Shown piece after piece: positions 1 to 10,321 of a stretch of 64,000 nucleotides of DNA (its first letter is position 1; each line of letters starts with the position of its first letter). This DNA comes from a virus (lineage: Duplodnaviria; Heunggongvirae; Uroviricota; Caudoviricetes): positions 40,060 to 104,059 of IMG/VR virus record IMGVR_UViG_3300046491_000064, one strand, 5' to 3'. A program made the position numbers and the translations under genes. The notes under the pieces are model-generated. The model made no database searches, was not told the DNA's origin, and saw nothing but the letters and a program-made list of their open reading frames with translations.

Positions 1-18
1 TTATAGAAGGATGAGAAA

Positions 19-1116
19 ATGTCTCTGATTATTGATAAAAACATCGACCGCCTGAGCCAAGGTAAATATGTTGAACTGACGGATATTCTGGTTGAAATCC
101 CACGTAATATTTCGATCATCGACGCACTGGGTCTGTTCGAAGAAGTATACGTTACTCAAAAGAAAATTGAGATTCAACGTACACAGTACAGCAACCATCT
201 GATCAAAGATAAGAACTGGGAAGCGAAAGCTGACACTCTGGTTACCACACCGAAGAAAGGTTTCATTCAGATCAAGATTCCTAACTTCGAAACTCTGGAT
301 GCTATCAAGCCTCAAGATATCGACGGTGTTGCACAAGTTTCTAACATCATGGAAGCTGCTGCTCTGGAAACCGTGATGAACGTTCGTCTGCAAAAGCTGG
401 AAGCACATCGTGCCGCTTTCGACCTGACTCGTGACGTTGCTCGTATGCAGCTGCTGACCGAAGGTACTGTCTATGCCCCATCGGGTGCTCTGGCTACTTC
501 CTACGGTGACACTGTAGACTTCTACCAAGAGATGGGCGTAACTCGTCAGACTGTTGACCTGAAACTGACTGGTTCGAATGACCCACGTATTTCTTGCTCG
601 CAGCTGGTTCGTAAGATGCGTGAAGCTCTGCGTAATACCACTTCTGGTGGTAACTACAAAGCAATCGTTCTGCTGTGCGGTACTGATTTCTTCGACGCAG
701 TATACACTAACCCATTCGTAACTGAAGCGGTTAAATACTTCAACCAAGACTACAACAAACTGCTGTTGTCTACCCCGGCTCAAGCTTCTGGTTACGATGC
801 GAACTTCCGTACTGTAAACCTGTGGGGTCTGGTGTTTATCGATGCTGGTACTGGTGGTTACGAAGATGCTGACGGCGTGTTCCAACCTTGGATCGCTGCT
901 AACAAAGCAATCGCTCTGCCAACTGGTGTTCGTGGTATGTTTAAAACCTACTTCGCTCCAGCCAACACCTTTAGCACTATCAACAAGACTGCACAAGGTG
1001 AATACTACTTCGAACGTCTGAACGAGGAAGATGACCTGATTCAAATGAAGCTGGGTTCCAACTTCATGAACGGTCTGATCTACCCTCAAGCTGTTTTCGA
1101 TGTAACCTTCAGCTAA
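19..1116 (+). CDS. major capsid protein (lambda gpE-like position and C-terminal pattern)
   Basis: 365 aa ORF with AGGA RBS; first gene of a lambda-ordered head-tail cluster; C-terminal region resembles gpE-type MCPs. Confidence 0.65.
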   Translation: MSLIIDKNIDRLSQGKYVELTDILVEIPRNISIIDALGLFEEVYVTQKKIEIQRTQYSNHLIKDKNWEAKADTLVTTPKKGFIQIKIPNFETLDAIKPQDIDGVAQVSNIMEAAALETVMNVRLQKLEAHRAAFDLTRDVARMQLLTEGTVYAPSGALATSYGDTVDFYQEMGVTRQTVDLKLTGSNDPRISCSQLVRKMREALRNTTSGGNYKAIVLLCGTDFFDAVYTNPFVTEAVKYFNQDYNKLLLSTPAQASGYDANFRTVNLWGLVFIDAGTGGYEDADGVFQPWIAANKAIALPTGVRGMFKTYFAPANTFSTINKTAQGEYYFERLNEEDDLIQMKLGSNFMNGLIYPQAVFDVTFS

Positions 1117-1175
1117 GATTGCAAATAGGGGCTGGCTGCTACAGCTGGCCCTTTATTGTTTATAGGAGATGACAA

Positions 1176-1589
1176 ATGACAGATGATGAAAAGATTGCTC
1201 TCCTTGCTTTGATGATTGGTGACATTCCCGGTGGTCCTTACTATCCGATGTTTACACCTGAGCAATACGCTCAATTCCTCAAGCTGGGGAAAGGTGATGT
1301 GAACCGTGCCGCTGTGTATGCAGCTATGAGTGCCGCCTTCTTTGTTTCAGGTGAATCATCTCGTGAGGTTATCGGTGAACTTCAAATTTCTAATTCTACT
1401 AGCACGAACTATCTAAAGCTGCTTGATTATCTGATTAAGACAGCCGGTAAAGTTCCTCCTGACAACCTGATGCCTTGGTTTGCAGGTGCTAATGAACCTG
1501 ACAGAAACAAACTGCTTGACTTCAAGTTGTGTGATAGTGGCTTTACTCCTTGGAGCATCAAACGCGACACATGTTGTGCGGGGTGCTAA
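1176..1589 (+). CDS. head completion / head-tail joining protein (putative)
   Basis: 137 aa ORF, AGGAG RBS, position between MCP and tail genes. Confidence 0.4.
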   Translation: MTDDEKIALLALMIGDIPGGPYYPMFTPEQYAQFLKLGKGDVNRAAVYAAMSAAFFVSGESSREVIGELQISNSTSTNYLKLLDYLIKTAGKVPPDNLMPWFAGANEPDRNKLLDFKLCDSGFTPWSIKRDTCCAGC

Positions 1590-1979
1590 ATGAGTATTCA
1601 CGCTAACTTACGAGCTATGGTCATTAAACAACTTGGCGTAGGTCGAGGTGGTAATGGCGTACAGCTTACACTTACAAGGAGAATTCCCGGTGCGTATGAT
1701 CCTACAACCGGTGGTTCAACTCCAACCATTAACGTAGATTACGTTGGTAGTGGATTGAGAGTCAACTACAATGAATATGCTTATCGTAACGAGACAATCG
1801 TTTACGGTGACTTCCAACTTTATGTATCGCCAGTGTTGATTGATGGCACTGACTGCCCCGACCCACAGATTGGAGACATCATCTACTTCCTTGAAAAGAA
1901 GATCAAGGTGATCAATGTCAAACCGTTTAATGATAACGGTACTGATTGTGGATGGAAGTTGCAGGTGCGATATGGTTGA
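1590..1979 (+). CDS. head-tail connector protein (putative, FII-like position)
   Basis: 129 aa ORF, TAAATG coupling to upstream gene. Confidence 0.4.
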   Translation: MSIHANLRAMVIKQLGVGRGGNGVQLTLTRRIPGAYDPTTGGSTPTINVDYVGSGLRVNYNEYAYRNETIVYGDFQLYVSPVLIDGTDCPDPQIGDIIYFLEKKIKVINVKPFNDNGTDCGWKLQVRYG

Positions 1980-2370
1980 TTTCGATGATCAAATTGCAGA
2001 GTGGGTTGAAAGCACTCAGACAACTATCGATGAAGCATTACAAACAATCGCTATCAAAGTCGGTACGAACTTAGTTCATCTTTCACCTGTTGATACTGGT
2101 CGCTTTAAAGGTAACTGGCAACTCTCTGTTGGAGAAATGACTGGCAACAGTTTGATTCGATATGACCAAGAGGGTTATTCAACAATTGCAGAGATGGCAA
2201 CCAATGCTCGTACATTCACTGCTGGTCAGATTGCTTATATTCAGAACCATGTTCTTTATGGATATGATCTTGAGTATGGTAGTTCGAAACAAGCACCTGA
2301 TGGTATGGTTGGTATTACTGAACTTCAATTTCAAAGGATCGTGGACGAAGCTGTTCGTCTTGTAAAATAA
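1973..2370 (+). CDS. tail completion protein (putative, gpZ-like position)
   Basis: ATGgtTGA overlap with upstream stop; 132 aa. Confidence 0.4.
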
Positions 2371-2379
2371 GGAGGACGC

Positions 2380-2817
2380 ATGAGCACATCAAAGATTCGG
2401 CGTCTATTGACGAACGCACTTATTGACGGTCTGACGGATGAGAATGGTAATTCACTATACACAGTAAAGATCAATGGTTTCATGAGTCCCCCGGCTGATG
2501 TTGAAGACACGTTTATCGTTGCTCATATCATCCCTGCTGACACAGAGTCGGACACGCTCTCAGGAGACCACAAGGCTTACACTGGCATCTTTCAGATGAT
2601 GGTTCGATCAGATGCGTTAGGTAATGGTGTTCTAAACGCTGAACTTGCTGCTGACAAGTTGCAAGAGATTTTCTACATCAACAGACGACTTAGCGATAAT
2701 GACTTCGTTGTTCAAGTAACTAGTCCTCTCCGAGTTGGTGAGGGTATTCAAGGTCCAGAAGGTAATGAGTGGTGGCAAGTTCCATGTCGCTTTACATACC
2801 GGGCCGACACAAATTAA
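2380..2817 (+). CDS. tail terminator protein (putative, gpU-like position)
   Basis: 145 aa, AGGAGG RBS, immediately upstream of major tail protein. Confidence 0.4.
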   Translation: MSTSKIRRLLTNALIDGLTDENGNSLYTVKINGFMSPPADVEDTFIVAHIIPADTESDTLSGDHKAYTGIFQMMVRSDALGNGVLNAELAADKLQEIFYINRRLSDNDFVVQVTSPLRVGEGIQGPEGNEWWQVPCRFTYRADTN

Positions 2818-2836
2818 TCAAAAGAGGGTATATAAA

Positions 2837-3490
2837 ATGGCATTTCGTCTTCCTAACGGTTCAACATTTGACTTCGCTGCTACTTACGGGACTCCAGTTA
2901 CCGTAACCGCAATCTCTAACGCTAACCCTGCTGTAGCGTCCGCTGTTGGACACGGTTTTGTTGCTGGTGATATTATCCACCTGACATCGGGTTGGGTTAA
3001 CTTGACTGGTCGTGCTTTTAAGATTGGTACATCTACTACTGATACTTTCACTCTGACTGGTATCAACACCACTAACGTTCAACGTTACCCTGCTGGTACT
3101 TCTGCTGGTTCTGCCAAGGAAGTTGCTACTTGGGTTAACATTCCTCAAATCACTGAAGTAGCATCGTCTGGTGGTGAGCAACAGTTCTACCAGTTCGGTT
3201 TCCTTGAGGAAGACCAAGACCGTCAGATTCCAACTACCAAGTCGCCTTCGACTCTGACTCTGACTGTAGCGGATGACCCTGACCAACCTTTCGTTCCAGT
3301 TGTTGAAGAGGCTGATGAACTGAAAGAAGAGCGTGTACAGCGTCTGAACTTGGTTAACGGTGACATCGTACTGTACAACAGTATTGCTACCATTACCAAC
3401 ACACCAACACTGACTCGTAACCAGCTGATGGTTCGTACTATCACTCTGGCACAACAAGGTCGTGTAACTCGATACAAAGCTGCTGCCTAA
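2837..3490 (+). CDS. major tail (tube) protein
   Basis: 217 aa from ATG 2837 with AAAGAGGG RBS; followed by terminator and G/GT chaperones as in lambda V-G-T-H order. Confidence 0.65.
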   Translation: MAFRLPNGSTFDFAATYGTPVTVTAISNANPAVASAVGHGFVAGDIIHLTSGWVNLTGRAFKIGTSTTDTFTLTGINTTNVQRYPAGTSAGSAKEVATWVNIPQITEVASSGGEQQFYQFGFLEEDQDRQIPTTKSPSTLTLTVADDPDQPFVPVVEEADELKEERVQRLNLVNGDIVLYNSIATITNTPTLTRNQLMVRTITLAQQGRVTRYKAAA

Positions 3491-3508
3491 GTAGTTTGGT
3501 AATTACTA

Positions 3509-3545
3509 GCCTCCTTCATTAGTTTGGAGGGGGCTTTTATTTTGC
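3509..3545 (+). terminator. rho-independent terminator after major tail gene
   Basis: GC-rich hairpin cctcc..ggagg followed by ttttatttt. Confidence 0.45.
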
Positions 3546-3575
3546 ATAAAATTCAATAATTCAAGGAGATGTATA

Positions 3576-3980
3576 ATGGCTGGTAAATCTTTTAAAACAC
3601 AAATGAACCCAACTTTCAAAGCAACTGTTAAGATTCCTCGTGTTGGTGGTGAGCCAATGGATGTAAGCTTTACATTCAAAGCTTTTGACCGTAAGAATCT
3701 GGCTCGTGTGTTTGACCGTTGGAAGAAACAAAACTTGGAACTGATTAAAGCAGCTGAAGATTCTGCAAACGAAGGCTCTGAGTTCACACTGGAAGAATGG
3801 GCTGATCGTGAGATTGCTATTCAAGTAGACCAGATTAAAGACATCGTTGAAGGTTGGGGTTTCTCGGATGAGTTCAGTGACGAAAACATTGAAGCATTGG
3901 TATCTACCTCTGTATCTGTTACTGATGCCATTCTTGAGCAATACAACGAAGCTTACAACAGAGCACGTTCGGGAAACTAA
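3576..3980 (+). CDS. tail assembly chaperone G
   Basis: 134 aa, AAGGAG RBS, directly upstream of tape measure; ends with slippery heptamer G GGA AAC. Confidence 0.65.
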   Translation: MAGKSFKTQMNPTFKATVKIPRVGGEPMDVSFTFKAFDRKNLARVFDRWKKQNLELIKAAEDSANEGSEFTLEEWADREIAIQVDQIKDIVEGWGFSDEFSDENIEALVSTSVSVTDAILEQYNEAYNRARSGN

Positions 3981-4309
3981 TCAGCGCTGCTCACGCCTTG
4001 TATGAGGCAGACACTAACACTCATCAAGCGGGTTTGTTTGGTCTGTCTCTTGAGGAAATCCCTGTGGAAGATGTTTTCATTTGGGATATCAACCTGCCTG
4101 CATTCAATGTTTTCTGTTCGTTGATGACTCAGTGGCGAGTTGGTGTGAACGGTGCAACAGGACTTGATTACAATGTGATCCCTGCTGTGGGTAAGATGAT
4201 GGGTTATAAACAAAAACAGATTAATGAAATGTTCGCTGATATCCAGTTGATGGAGAATGAAGCACTAATTACACTTAGGGAGAATCAGAAAGATGCCAAC
4301 GATAGCTGA
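3576..4309 (+). CDS. tail assembly chaperone G-T fusion via programmed -1 frameshift at GGGAAAC (3971-3977)
   Basis: XXXYYYZ slippery site in frame 0 (tcG GGA AAC taa); -1 frame is open from the site and continues into ORF 3998..4309 (frame 2) ending at tape measure start. Confidence 0.5.
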
Positions 4310-7300
4310 ACTTCAGATTAACCTTGACTCACGCCCTATTGATCAAGGTACTATGTCTCTGAATAACTTCACAGAGGCATCGAGTAAGGTTACAAAAGCT
4401 CTAAAGGAACAAAAGGCTGCACAAGATGCAGTTAATCAAGGTGGTGGTCCTAGTGGCTCTGGTAATGGTGGATTGGGTGGAAACCCTGCTGCTATCAATG
4501 ATATCTCATCAGCTATCGATAACCAAGTAAAGAAGCTGAAGACCCTTGAGGTTCAGCGTAAAGCTCTCAATGCTTCTGACCTTAAAACTACAAACCCTGA
4601 TGAATACAACCGTCTTAACCAAGTTATCGATACAAACATTGCTCTGGTTAATCGTCAGGGTAATGCTCTTGACCGACTGGCTGCACAAGCTGAACGTGAG
4701 CGTAAAGTAAAAGAAGCTTCTGAGGCTGCTGAGAAACGTAGACTTGAGAACCAACAGAACGCAATCAATAGTTCAGAAGCACTTGCTGCTAAAGCATCTG
4801 CCCGTCAGTCTCGTGACCTTGAAACAACCCTGAGTGGATTGTCTGCACAAATCAGAGCACAGCAAGAGTATAACCGCACTGTTGAACAGTTGAACAAATC
4901 ACGAGCTACAGGTGGTATGAATGGTGGTAACGGTGGTATCTCTGCTGCTGAATATGATACGTACATCAAACTTGCTGCTGCTAAGCGTGACAGTGCTCTG
5001 GCTACCAAAGATGAGAGTGCTGAACTTGACCGTGTATCTTCTAAGATTGAATCGATCACTGCTACACTTGGTAGAGCCGAACGTGCTGAAGTTCAATACA
5101 CTCGTGCTCTGAGAACCTTGAACGAAGGTTTGAGTCTTGGTGTTCTGAGTGCTGATCAATATAGCACAAAGCTTGGTCAGATTGTTGCTAAGCGTGAGGC
5201 ATCGATTAATGCTGCTAACAGTAACGCTGCTGCTGAGGAACGTTTCACACGTCAACTTCAATCGGTGGTTACTGCTTATGATCCTGTACTGACTGCTCAG
5301 ACTCGTTACAATGATTCTGTTCGTATCCTGTCGAATGGATTGCAGTCTGGTAAGCTCACAGTTGATCAGTTTAACAAAGCCTTGGGTGATCAACGTGTTG
5401 CACTCGATAACGTTAAGAACGCTCAGTCAGGAAGCGAGAAGAGCATCAATGACCGATACCAGAGTGCTCTTGATAAACTTCTGCCATACAACGCACAACT
5501 TCGTAACCTTGCTGAAGCTGAGAGAGCTTTGCAGCAACAACAGCAAAGAGGTAAGGTTGTTACTGACCAACAAGTAGCTGACCATCAACGTGCGACTCAG
5601 GCTATTGCGGATGAGCGTAAAGAGATTGAACGTCGCCAAGCTGCCTCTACAAAGAATACAAACTCTGCTAAACAAGATGCTGCTGCCCTTCGTGGTTTGC
5701 CTGCTCAGTTTACGGACATTGTTGTATCCCTGCAAGGTGGACAAGCTCCACTGACTGTACTGCTGCAACAAGGTGGTCAGATCAAGGATATGTTTGGTGG
5801 TATCATTCCAGCAATCAAGGCTACGTCAACTGCGATCATGGGTCTTATTACTCCGCTTAGTATTGTTGGTGCGGCTGTCGCTGGACTCGCTATTGGATGG
5901 AACGCTGGTAAAAATGAAGCTATTGAGTTTAACAAGGCTATCGTCACCAGTGGTAACTTTGCAGGTACATCAGCGAGCCAACTTGCACTCTACAGAGATA
6001 ATCTGGATGAAGTTGTAGGTACATCTGGTAAAGCTGCTGAAGCTCTAACTGCAATTGCATCATCTGGCAAGATTGTTGATTCACTGTTTAGTTCGGTTGC
6101 CGAAGCTGCTGTTAAGATGGAACGTGCTACAGGTGTTTCGATTCAATCTGTAGTTGATGACTTTGCATCGTTGGGTAAAGACCCTGTGAACGCTGCTGTC
6201 ACCTTGGATGAGAAGTATAAGTTCCTTACTGGTTCTGTTCTGGCTCAAGCTAATGCTTTGATTCAAATGGGTCAGCAACAAGAAGCGGTTAATCTGCTTC
6301 AGACTCAAATGGCTACAGCTGCATCTGAAACAGCTGACAAAGTTATTGATCGTGCTGGTGCAATGGAACATGCATGGCGTGGTTTCAAGGACACTGTTCT
6401 CGAAGCATGGGATGCTGTTAAAGGTATTGGTCGCGATGACACTACTACAGACCGTATTCGCAACCTTGTAAAAGAACAACAAACCATTGAGTTATCGGCT
6501 CGTGGATATAAAAATATTGAAACTAGTGCGAGCAAGCAACTCCTTGATAATGACAAACGTTATCAACAGAACAAGGCTGAACTTCAACAACTTCAAGATC
6601 GTCTAGAGAGTGAAAAACAAAGTGCCAAGGCTGCCGCTGAGCGTGAGCAAGCTCGTCAACGTGGTGTTGCTATTGATCGTCAGAACATTGCATCATATGA
6701 GGCAAACGTTGGTACAGTTGATCGAGTAAAAGGTGCTGAAGAGGCACTGAATAAAGTTCGTAGACAGGGTTTGCAACTTGCCGCGTCGGCTAAAGCTGAA
6801 GGTCGTGAGCTTAGTGCTGATGAGCTAAAGTATCAAGATGCAGCACTGAAGGCTGCTGAGAAACGTGTTGATGATGCAAAGAAGAAAGAAGAAAAAACCC
6901 CAATCAAACCAATTGATAACACTAATGTTCAGGAAGTAAAGAGTGACCTCACTCTCATCACAGCTGAGTATGAAGGTTACTACAAGAAGATTACTTCTAT
7001 TGGTGATGCTGGTTTGGTTTCTCAGGAAGCTACATTCGCCAGCCAGAAAGCAATCCTTACTGCTCAAGCTGCTGCTGTATCTGACAGCTATGATAAACAG
7101 ATTGCAGCGATTAACGCACTGCGAGACAACAAGAAAAACTCCGCTGGTCAGAACATTTCACTTGATAACCAGTTGACCAAAGCTGAAGCTGCAAAGCTCA
7201 AGGCAATGGAAGATATTTCAACCCGTCAAGAAGTGTTGGACAACAAAGAGAAAGGTCGTCTCGAAGAGAGAACTCGTAACATCAGTGCATACAAAGAAGC

Positions 7301-8309
7301 TCTGGACGCACAAGTTCAGTCTGCTCGTGATGCTGGTGCCCGTGCTCTTGATAGTGTTGGACAAGGTGATCGTCAAGGTGGGCTTAATGCTTCACTGGCT
7401 GAGAATGACCGTAACTTTAACAAAGAACAACTGAAACTGTCTAAGGAAATCGGTAAGGATACCGACGCTTATAACCAGAAGCTGGCTGACCTGAAAGACA
7501 CTCACAATGCTTTGCGTGATCAGATCATTGCAAACGACAAGGACATGCAGGAAGCTAACCGTGATTGGACAAACGGATTTAACAAGTCTGTACAGAATGC
7601 TCAAGATGTTGGTATGAACTTCGCATCATCTGTGGGTTCTGCCTTGACTGGTGCATTTGACAGTGCTGGTAGTGCTTTGGCTACCTTTGTTACAACTGGT
7701 AAGCTGAGCTTCAGTGACTTCGCAAGAAGTATCATTGCCGATATGGCTGCAATCGCAGCTAAACAAGCAGCATCTGGTGCCTTGGGTTCAATCCTGAGTA
7801 TCGCAGGTACAGCCGCAAAAGCTTACTTCGGTACGACTTCAGCTGGTAGTACACAAGCCGGTTACACAGGTAGTGATTACTCAAACTGGGTTAAGACTCA
7901 GGCAGATGGTGGTGGTTGGTCTGGTGGTACTCAGTTCTTTGCTAACGGTGGTGCATTCACCAACTCTGTTGTTTCCAAACCAACTGCCTTTGGTATGTCT
8001 GGTGGTCAAACAGGTGTTATGGGTGAAGCTGGACCTGAAGCGATTATGCCGCTGACCCGTACTCGTGACGGTAGTCTTGGTGTAAGAGCATTGTCGGGAG
8101 GCGACAGCACATCTAGCGGTGGTGGTAACACAATCATCAACGTTAATGTTCAAGTGGCTGAAGGTGGTTCAAGCTCTCAATCTTCGGATAAGAACTATGA
8201 CAACTTTGGTCAGAAGCTTGGTACGTTTGTTCGTCAAGAGGTTTACAGCGTCTTGAACATCGAATCACGTCCGGGTGGTAGTCTTGACAAAGGATCAGGA
8301 AGTCGTTAA
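4293..8309 (+). CDS. tail tape measure protein
   Basis: 1338 aa, Ala/Gln/Glu-rich coiled-coil N-half, hydrophobic Gly-rich segment, canonical position after G/GT. Confidence 0.85.
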   Translation: MPTIAELQINLDSRPIDQGTMSLNNFTEASSKVTKALKEQKAAQDAVNQGGGPSGSGNGGLGGNPAAINDISSAIDNQVKKLKTLEVQRKALNASDLKTTNPDEYNRLNQVIDTNIALVNRQGNALDRLAAQAERERKVKEASEAAEKRRLENQQNAINSSEALAAKASARQSRDLETTLSGLSAQIRAQQEYNRTVEQLNKSRATGGMNGGNGGISAAEYDTYIKLAAAKRDSALATKDESAELDRVSSKIESITATLGRAERAEVQYTRALRTLNEGLSLGVLSADQYSTKLGQIVAKREASINAANSNAAAEERFTRQLQSVVTAYDPVLTAQTRYNDSVRILSNGLQSGKLTVDQFNKALGDQRVALDNVKNAQSGSEKSINDRYQSALDKLLPYNAQLRNLAEAERALQQQQQRGKVVTDQQVADHQRATQAIADERKEIERRQAASTKNTNSAKQDAAALRGLPAQFTDIVVSLQGGQAPLTVLLQQGGQIKDMFGGIIPAIKATSTAIMGLITPLSIVGAAVAGLAIGWNAGKNEAIEFNKAIVTSGNFAGTSASQLALYRDNLDEVVGTSGKAAEALTAIASSGKIVDSLFSSVAEAAVKMERATGVSIQSVVDDFASLGKDPVNAAVTLDEKYKFLTGSVLAQANALIQMGQQQEAVNLLQTQMATAASETADKVIDRAGAMEHAWRGFKDTVLEAWDAVKGIGRDDTTTDRIRNLVKEQQTIELSARGYKNIETSASKQLLDNDKRYQQNKAELQQLQDRLESEKQSAKAAAEREQARQRGVAIDRQNIASYEANVGTVDRVKGAEEALNKVRRQGLQLAASAKAEGRELSADELKYQDAALKAAEKRVDDAKKKEEKTPIKPIDNTNVQEVKSDLTLITAEYEGYYKKITSIGDAGLVSQEATFASQKAILTAQAAAVSDSYDKQIAAINALRDNKKNSAGQNISLDNQLTKAEAAKLKAMEDISTRQEVLDNKEKGRLEERTRNISAYKEALDAQVQSARDAGARALDSVGQGDRQGGLNASLAENDRNFNKEQLKLSKEIGKDTDAYNQKLADLKDTHNALRDQIIANDKDMQEANRDWTNGFNKSVQNAQDVGMNFASSVGSALTGAFDSAGSALATFVTTGKLSFSDFARSIIADMAAIAAKQAASGALGSILSIAGTAAKAYFGTTSAGSTQAGYTGSDYSNWVKTQADGGGWSGGTQFFANGGAFTNSVVSKPTAFGMSGGQTGVMGEAGPEAIMPLTRTRDGSLGVRALSGGDSTSSGGGNTIINVNVQVAEGGSSSQSSDKNYDNFGQKLGTFVRQEVYSVLNIESRPGGSLDKGSGSR

Positions 8310-8325
8310 TCACTAACTAGTTGTA

Positions 8326-8355
8326 TTGACAAATTGATACTTACCATAGTAAAAT
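8326..8355 (+). promoter_or_regulatory. sigma70-like promoter TTGACA-18-TAAAAT
   Basis: -35 8326-8331, -10 8350-8355. Confidence 0.35.
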
Positions 8356-8369
8356 ATGGTGTTTACGGG

Positions 8370-8398
8370 GTGGACTTGTTCCGCCCCTTTTTATTTTA
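8370..8398 (+). terminator. hairpin plus T-tract (terminator/attenuator) in leader of M-like gene
   Basis: ggggtgga..tccgcccc stem followed by ttttatttt. Confidence 0.4.
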
Positions 8399-8409
8399 TA
8401 GGAGGACGT

Positions 8410-8775
8410 ATGGCAGTTGAGCAATTTACTTGGCTAGTCGAGCGTGAAGTTGATCCTACCATTGATTACCGTGTAGTGGAAGCACAGTTTGGTGACGGCT
8501 ACGCACAGACAAGTTCAGATGGTATCAACAACAAGAGCGAAGAGTATGCAATCCGTGTACATGCTAAAGAAGCTGATGCCAAGTTGATTATGGCATTCTT
8601 TGACAGGCATAAGGGAACGAAGAGTTTCATCTGGCAACCGCCACTTGGAAAGCTTTCGCTATTCACATGCAAGAACCCTACACCGAAAGCACAAGGTGGT
8701 GGTCTCTATCTTATCACAGGTACATTCAAGAAAGCATATGCGAGTATGGCTGATACGGCGGTGAACAATGGCTAA
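8410..8775 (+). CDS. minor tail protein (lambda gpM-like)
   Basis: start ATG 8410 with AGGAGG RBS; position after tape measure. Confidence 0.55.
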   Translation: MAVEQFTWLVEREVDPTIDYRVVEAQFGDGYAQTSSDGINNKSEEYAIRVHAKEADAKLIMAFFDRHKGTKSFIWQPPLGKLSLFTCKNPTPKAQGGGLYLITGTFKKAYASMADTAVNNG

Positions 8776-9511
8776 TGACAGTATTTATAATGTAATCCAA
8801 CGGTTAGAAGTTGGTGCGAAAGTAAAGTTTATCGAAGTTGACTGCACAGCATTTAATGGTGATGTGCTTCGATTCCACAACTACAACGTGGATCATACAG
8901 AAGAAGAATTGATGGCTGCATTGGCAGCTGGTACAGATGTTCCGCCTAAAGCTTTGTACTGGCAGGGTGAGCCATATTACACTTGGCCCCATCAGATGTC
9001 TGGTATTGAATGGGATGGTACAGGTAAAAGTCCATTGCCACAACTAGAAGTTGCTAACGTTGACGGAACGATTTCGTCTTTGTGTCTTCAACTTCAAAAC
9101 TTGTTTGGTGCAAAGGTTACTGAACATACCACATTCGAGCAATACCTTCCAACTGGTTCTGATCCTGACCCATCAATGGAGTTTACACAAACTTGGTTTA
9201 TCACACGTAAGAGTGGTGAGAACCAGACAAGTGTCACCTTTGAACTGTCGTCACCTGCTGACTTCACTGGTCAACAACTTCCACGTAGACAGATTTATGG
9301 TCTGTGTCATTGGGCAATGAACGGTCAATACCGAGGTCCAGATTGTGGTTATACCGATGCTCGTTATTTCAATGACAAAGATGAACCTGTAGATAATCCG
9401 GCATTAGATAAGTGTGCTGGTCTTTGCAAAAGTTGCAAGGTGAGATTTGGAGAAGAGAACCCACTTCCATTTGGTGGATTCATTGCGAGTAGCTTAATTA
9501 CAAGAGGTTAA
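8768..9511 (+). CDS. minor tail protein (lambda gpL-like, C-terminal Cys cluster)
   Basis: 247 aa; C-terminal CAGLCKSCKV Cys motif as in gpL Fe-S tail tip proteins; position. Confidence 0.65.
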   Translation: MANDSIYNVIQRLEVGAKVKFIEVDCTAFNGDVLRFHNYNVDHTEEELMAALAAGTDVPPKALYWQGEPYYTWPHQMSGIEWDGTGKSPLPQLEVANVDGTISSLCLQLQNLFGAKVTEHTTFEQYLPTGSDPDPSMEFTQTWFITRKSGENQTSVTFELSSPADFTGQQLPRRQIYGLCHWAMNGQYRGPDCGYTDARYFNDKDEPVDNPALDKCAGLCKSCKVRFGEENPLPFGGFIASSLITRG

Positions 9512-9512
9512 T

Positions 9513-10319
9513 ATGAGAATTCCTAAGCAGCTGAAATCAAAAACGATTCAAGACATTATGGAACATGCCCGTGAGGGATACCCGAATGAGATTTGTGGTG
9601 TCATCGTTACCACGGCAAAGACTGAGAAGTATGTAAGATGTATCAATACTGCTGAAGACTCTCAGGATGAGTTCGTAATGTGTCCTGAATCCTTTTCAGC
9701 TGCCGAGTCTCTTGGTGATGTCGTTGGTATTGTACACAGTCATCCTGATGGTTCAAGCGTTCCAAGCAAGAATGATATTGCGGTAATGAGTCGTAACCGT
9801 GAGATTGAATTGATTGTCGATCCTGAATCACAGGCGATTCCTTGGCATATCGTATCTTATCCTGAAGGTGACTATCGTCAGATTATCCCTGACGTTCATG
9901 AGAGCTTGCTGGGGCGTCCTTTTGTACATAACGTATGGGATTGTTGGTCTACATGTGAAAACTACTACAATCGCTATCACGGACTGTCATTCAGGGGATT
10001 TGATCGTAAGGATCGTTGGTGGGAAATTAAAGACACTACTTCGTTCTATGAAGAGTATTACGATGAGTGTGGTTTTGTAAGAGTCACAGACCTTAAACCA
10101 AATGACTTGCTGATTATGCAAATCGGTAGAACTTATCATCCGAATCATGCTGGTATCTACTTGGGTGATCAAGTTTCAGAATTCGAAGGTAAGACATTTC
10201 ACAAAGGTCAACCGTTAATGCTGCATCACATGTACGAGAAGAAAAGTGATGTGATTGTATATGGTGGTCAGTGGCATCAACGAACAACAATGATTTTAAG
10301 ACATAAAGACTTGGAGTGA
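9513..10319 (+). CDS. tail tip assembly protein (lambda gpK-like; MPN/JAB + NlpC/P60 domains)
   Basis: HSHPDGSSVPSKND JAB/MPN motif; C-terminal Cys/His NlpC-like region; position. Confidence 0.7.
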   Translation: MRIPKQLKSKTIQDIMEHAREGYPNEICGVIVTTAKTEKYVRCINTAEDSQDEFVMCPESFSAAESLGDVVGIVHSHPDGSSVPSKNDIAVMSRNREIELIVDPESQAIPWHIVSYPEGDYRQIIPDVHESLLGRPFVHNVWDCWSTCENYYNRYHGLSFRGFDRKDRWWEIKDTTSFYEEYYDECGFVRVTDLKPNDLLIMQIGRTYHPNHAGIYLGDQVSEFEGKTFHKGQPLMLHHMYEKKSDVIVYGGQWHQRTTMILRHKDLE

Positions 10320-10321
10320 AC

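Noticed and set aside
1-1089. 362-aa antisense ORF covering the major capsid gene
   Set aside because: Lies entirely opposite a well-supported structural gene, has no RBS, and its low-complexity composition is typical of a stop-free reverse frame.
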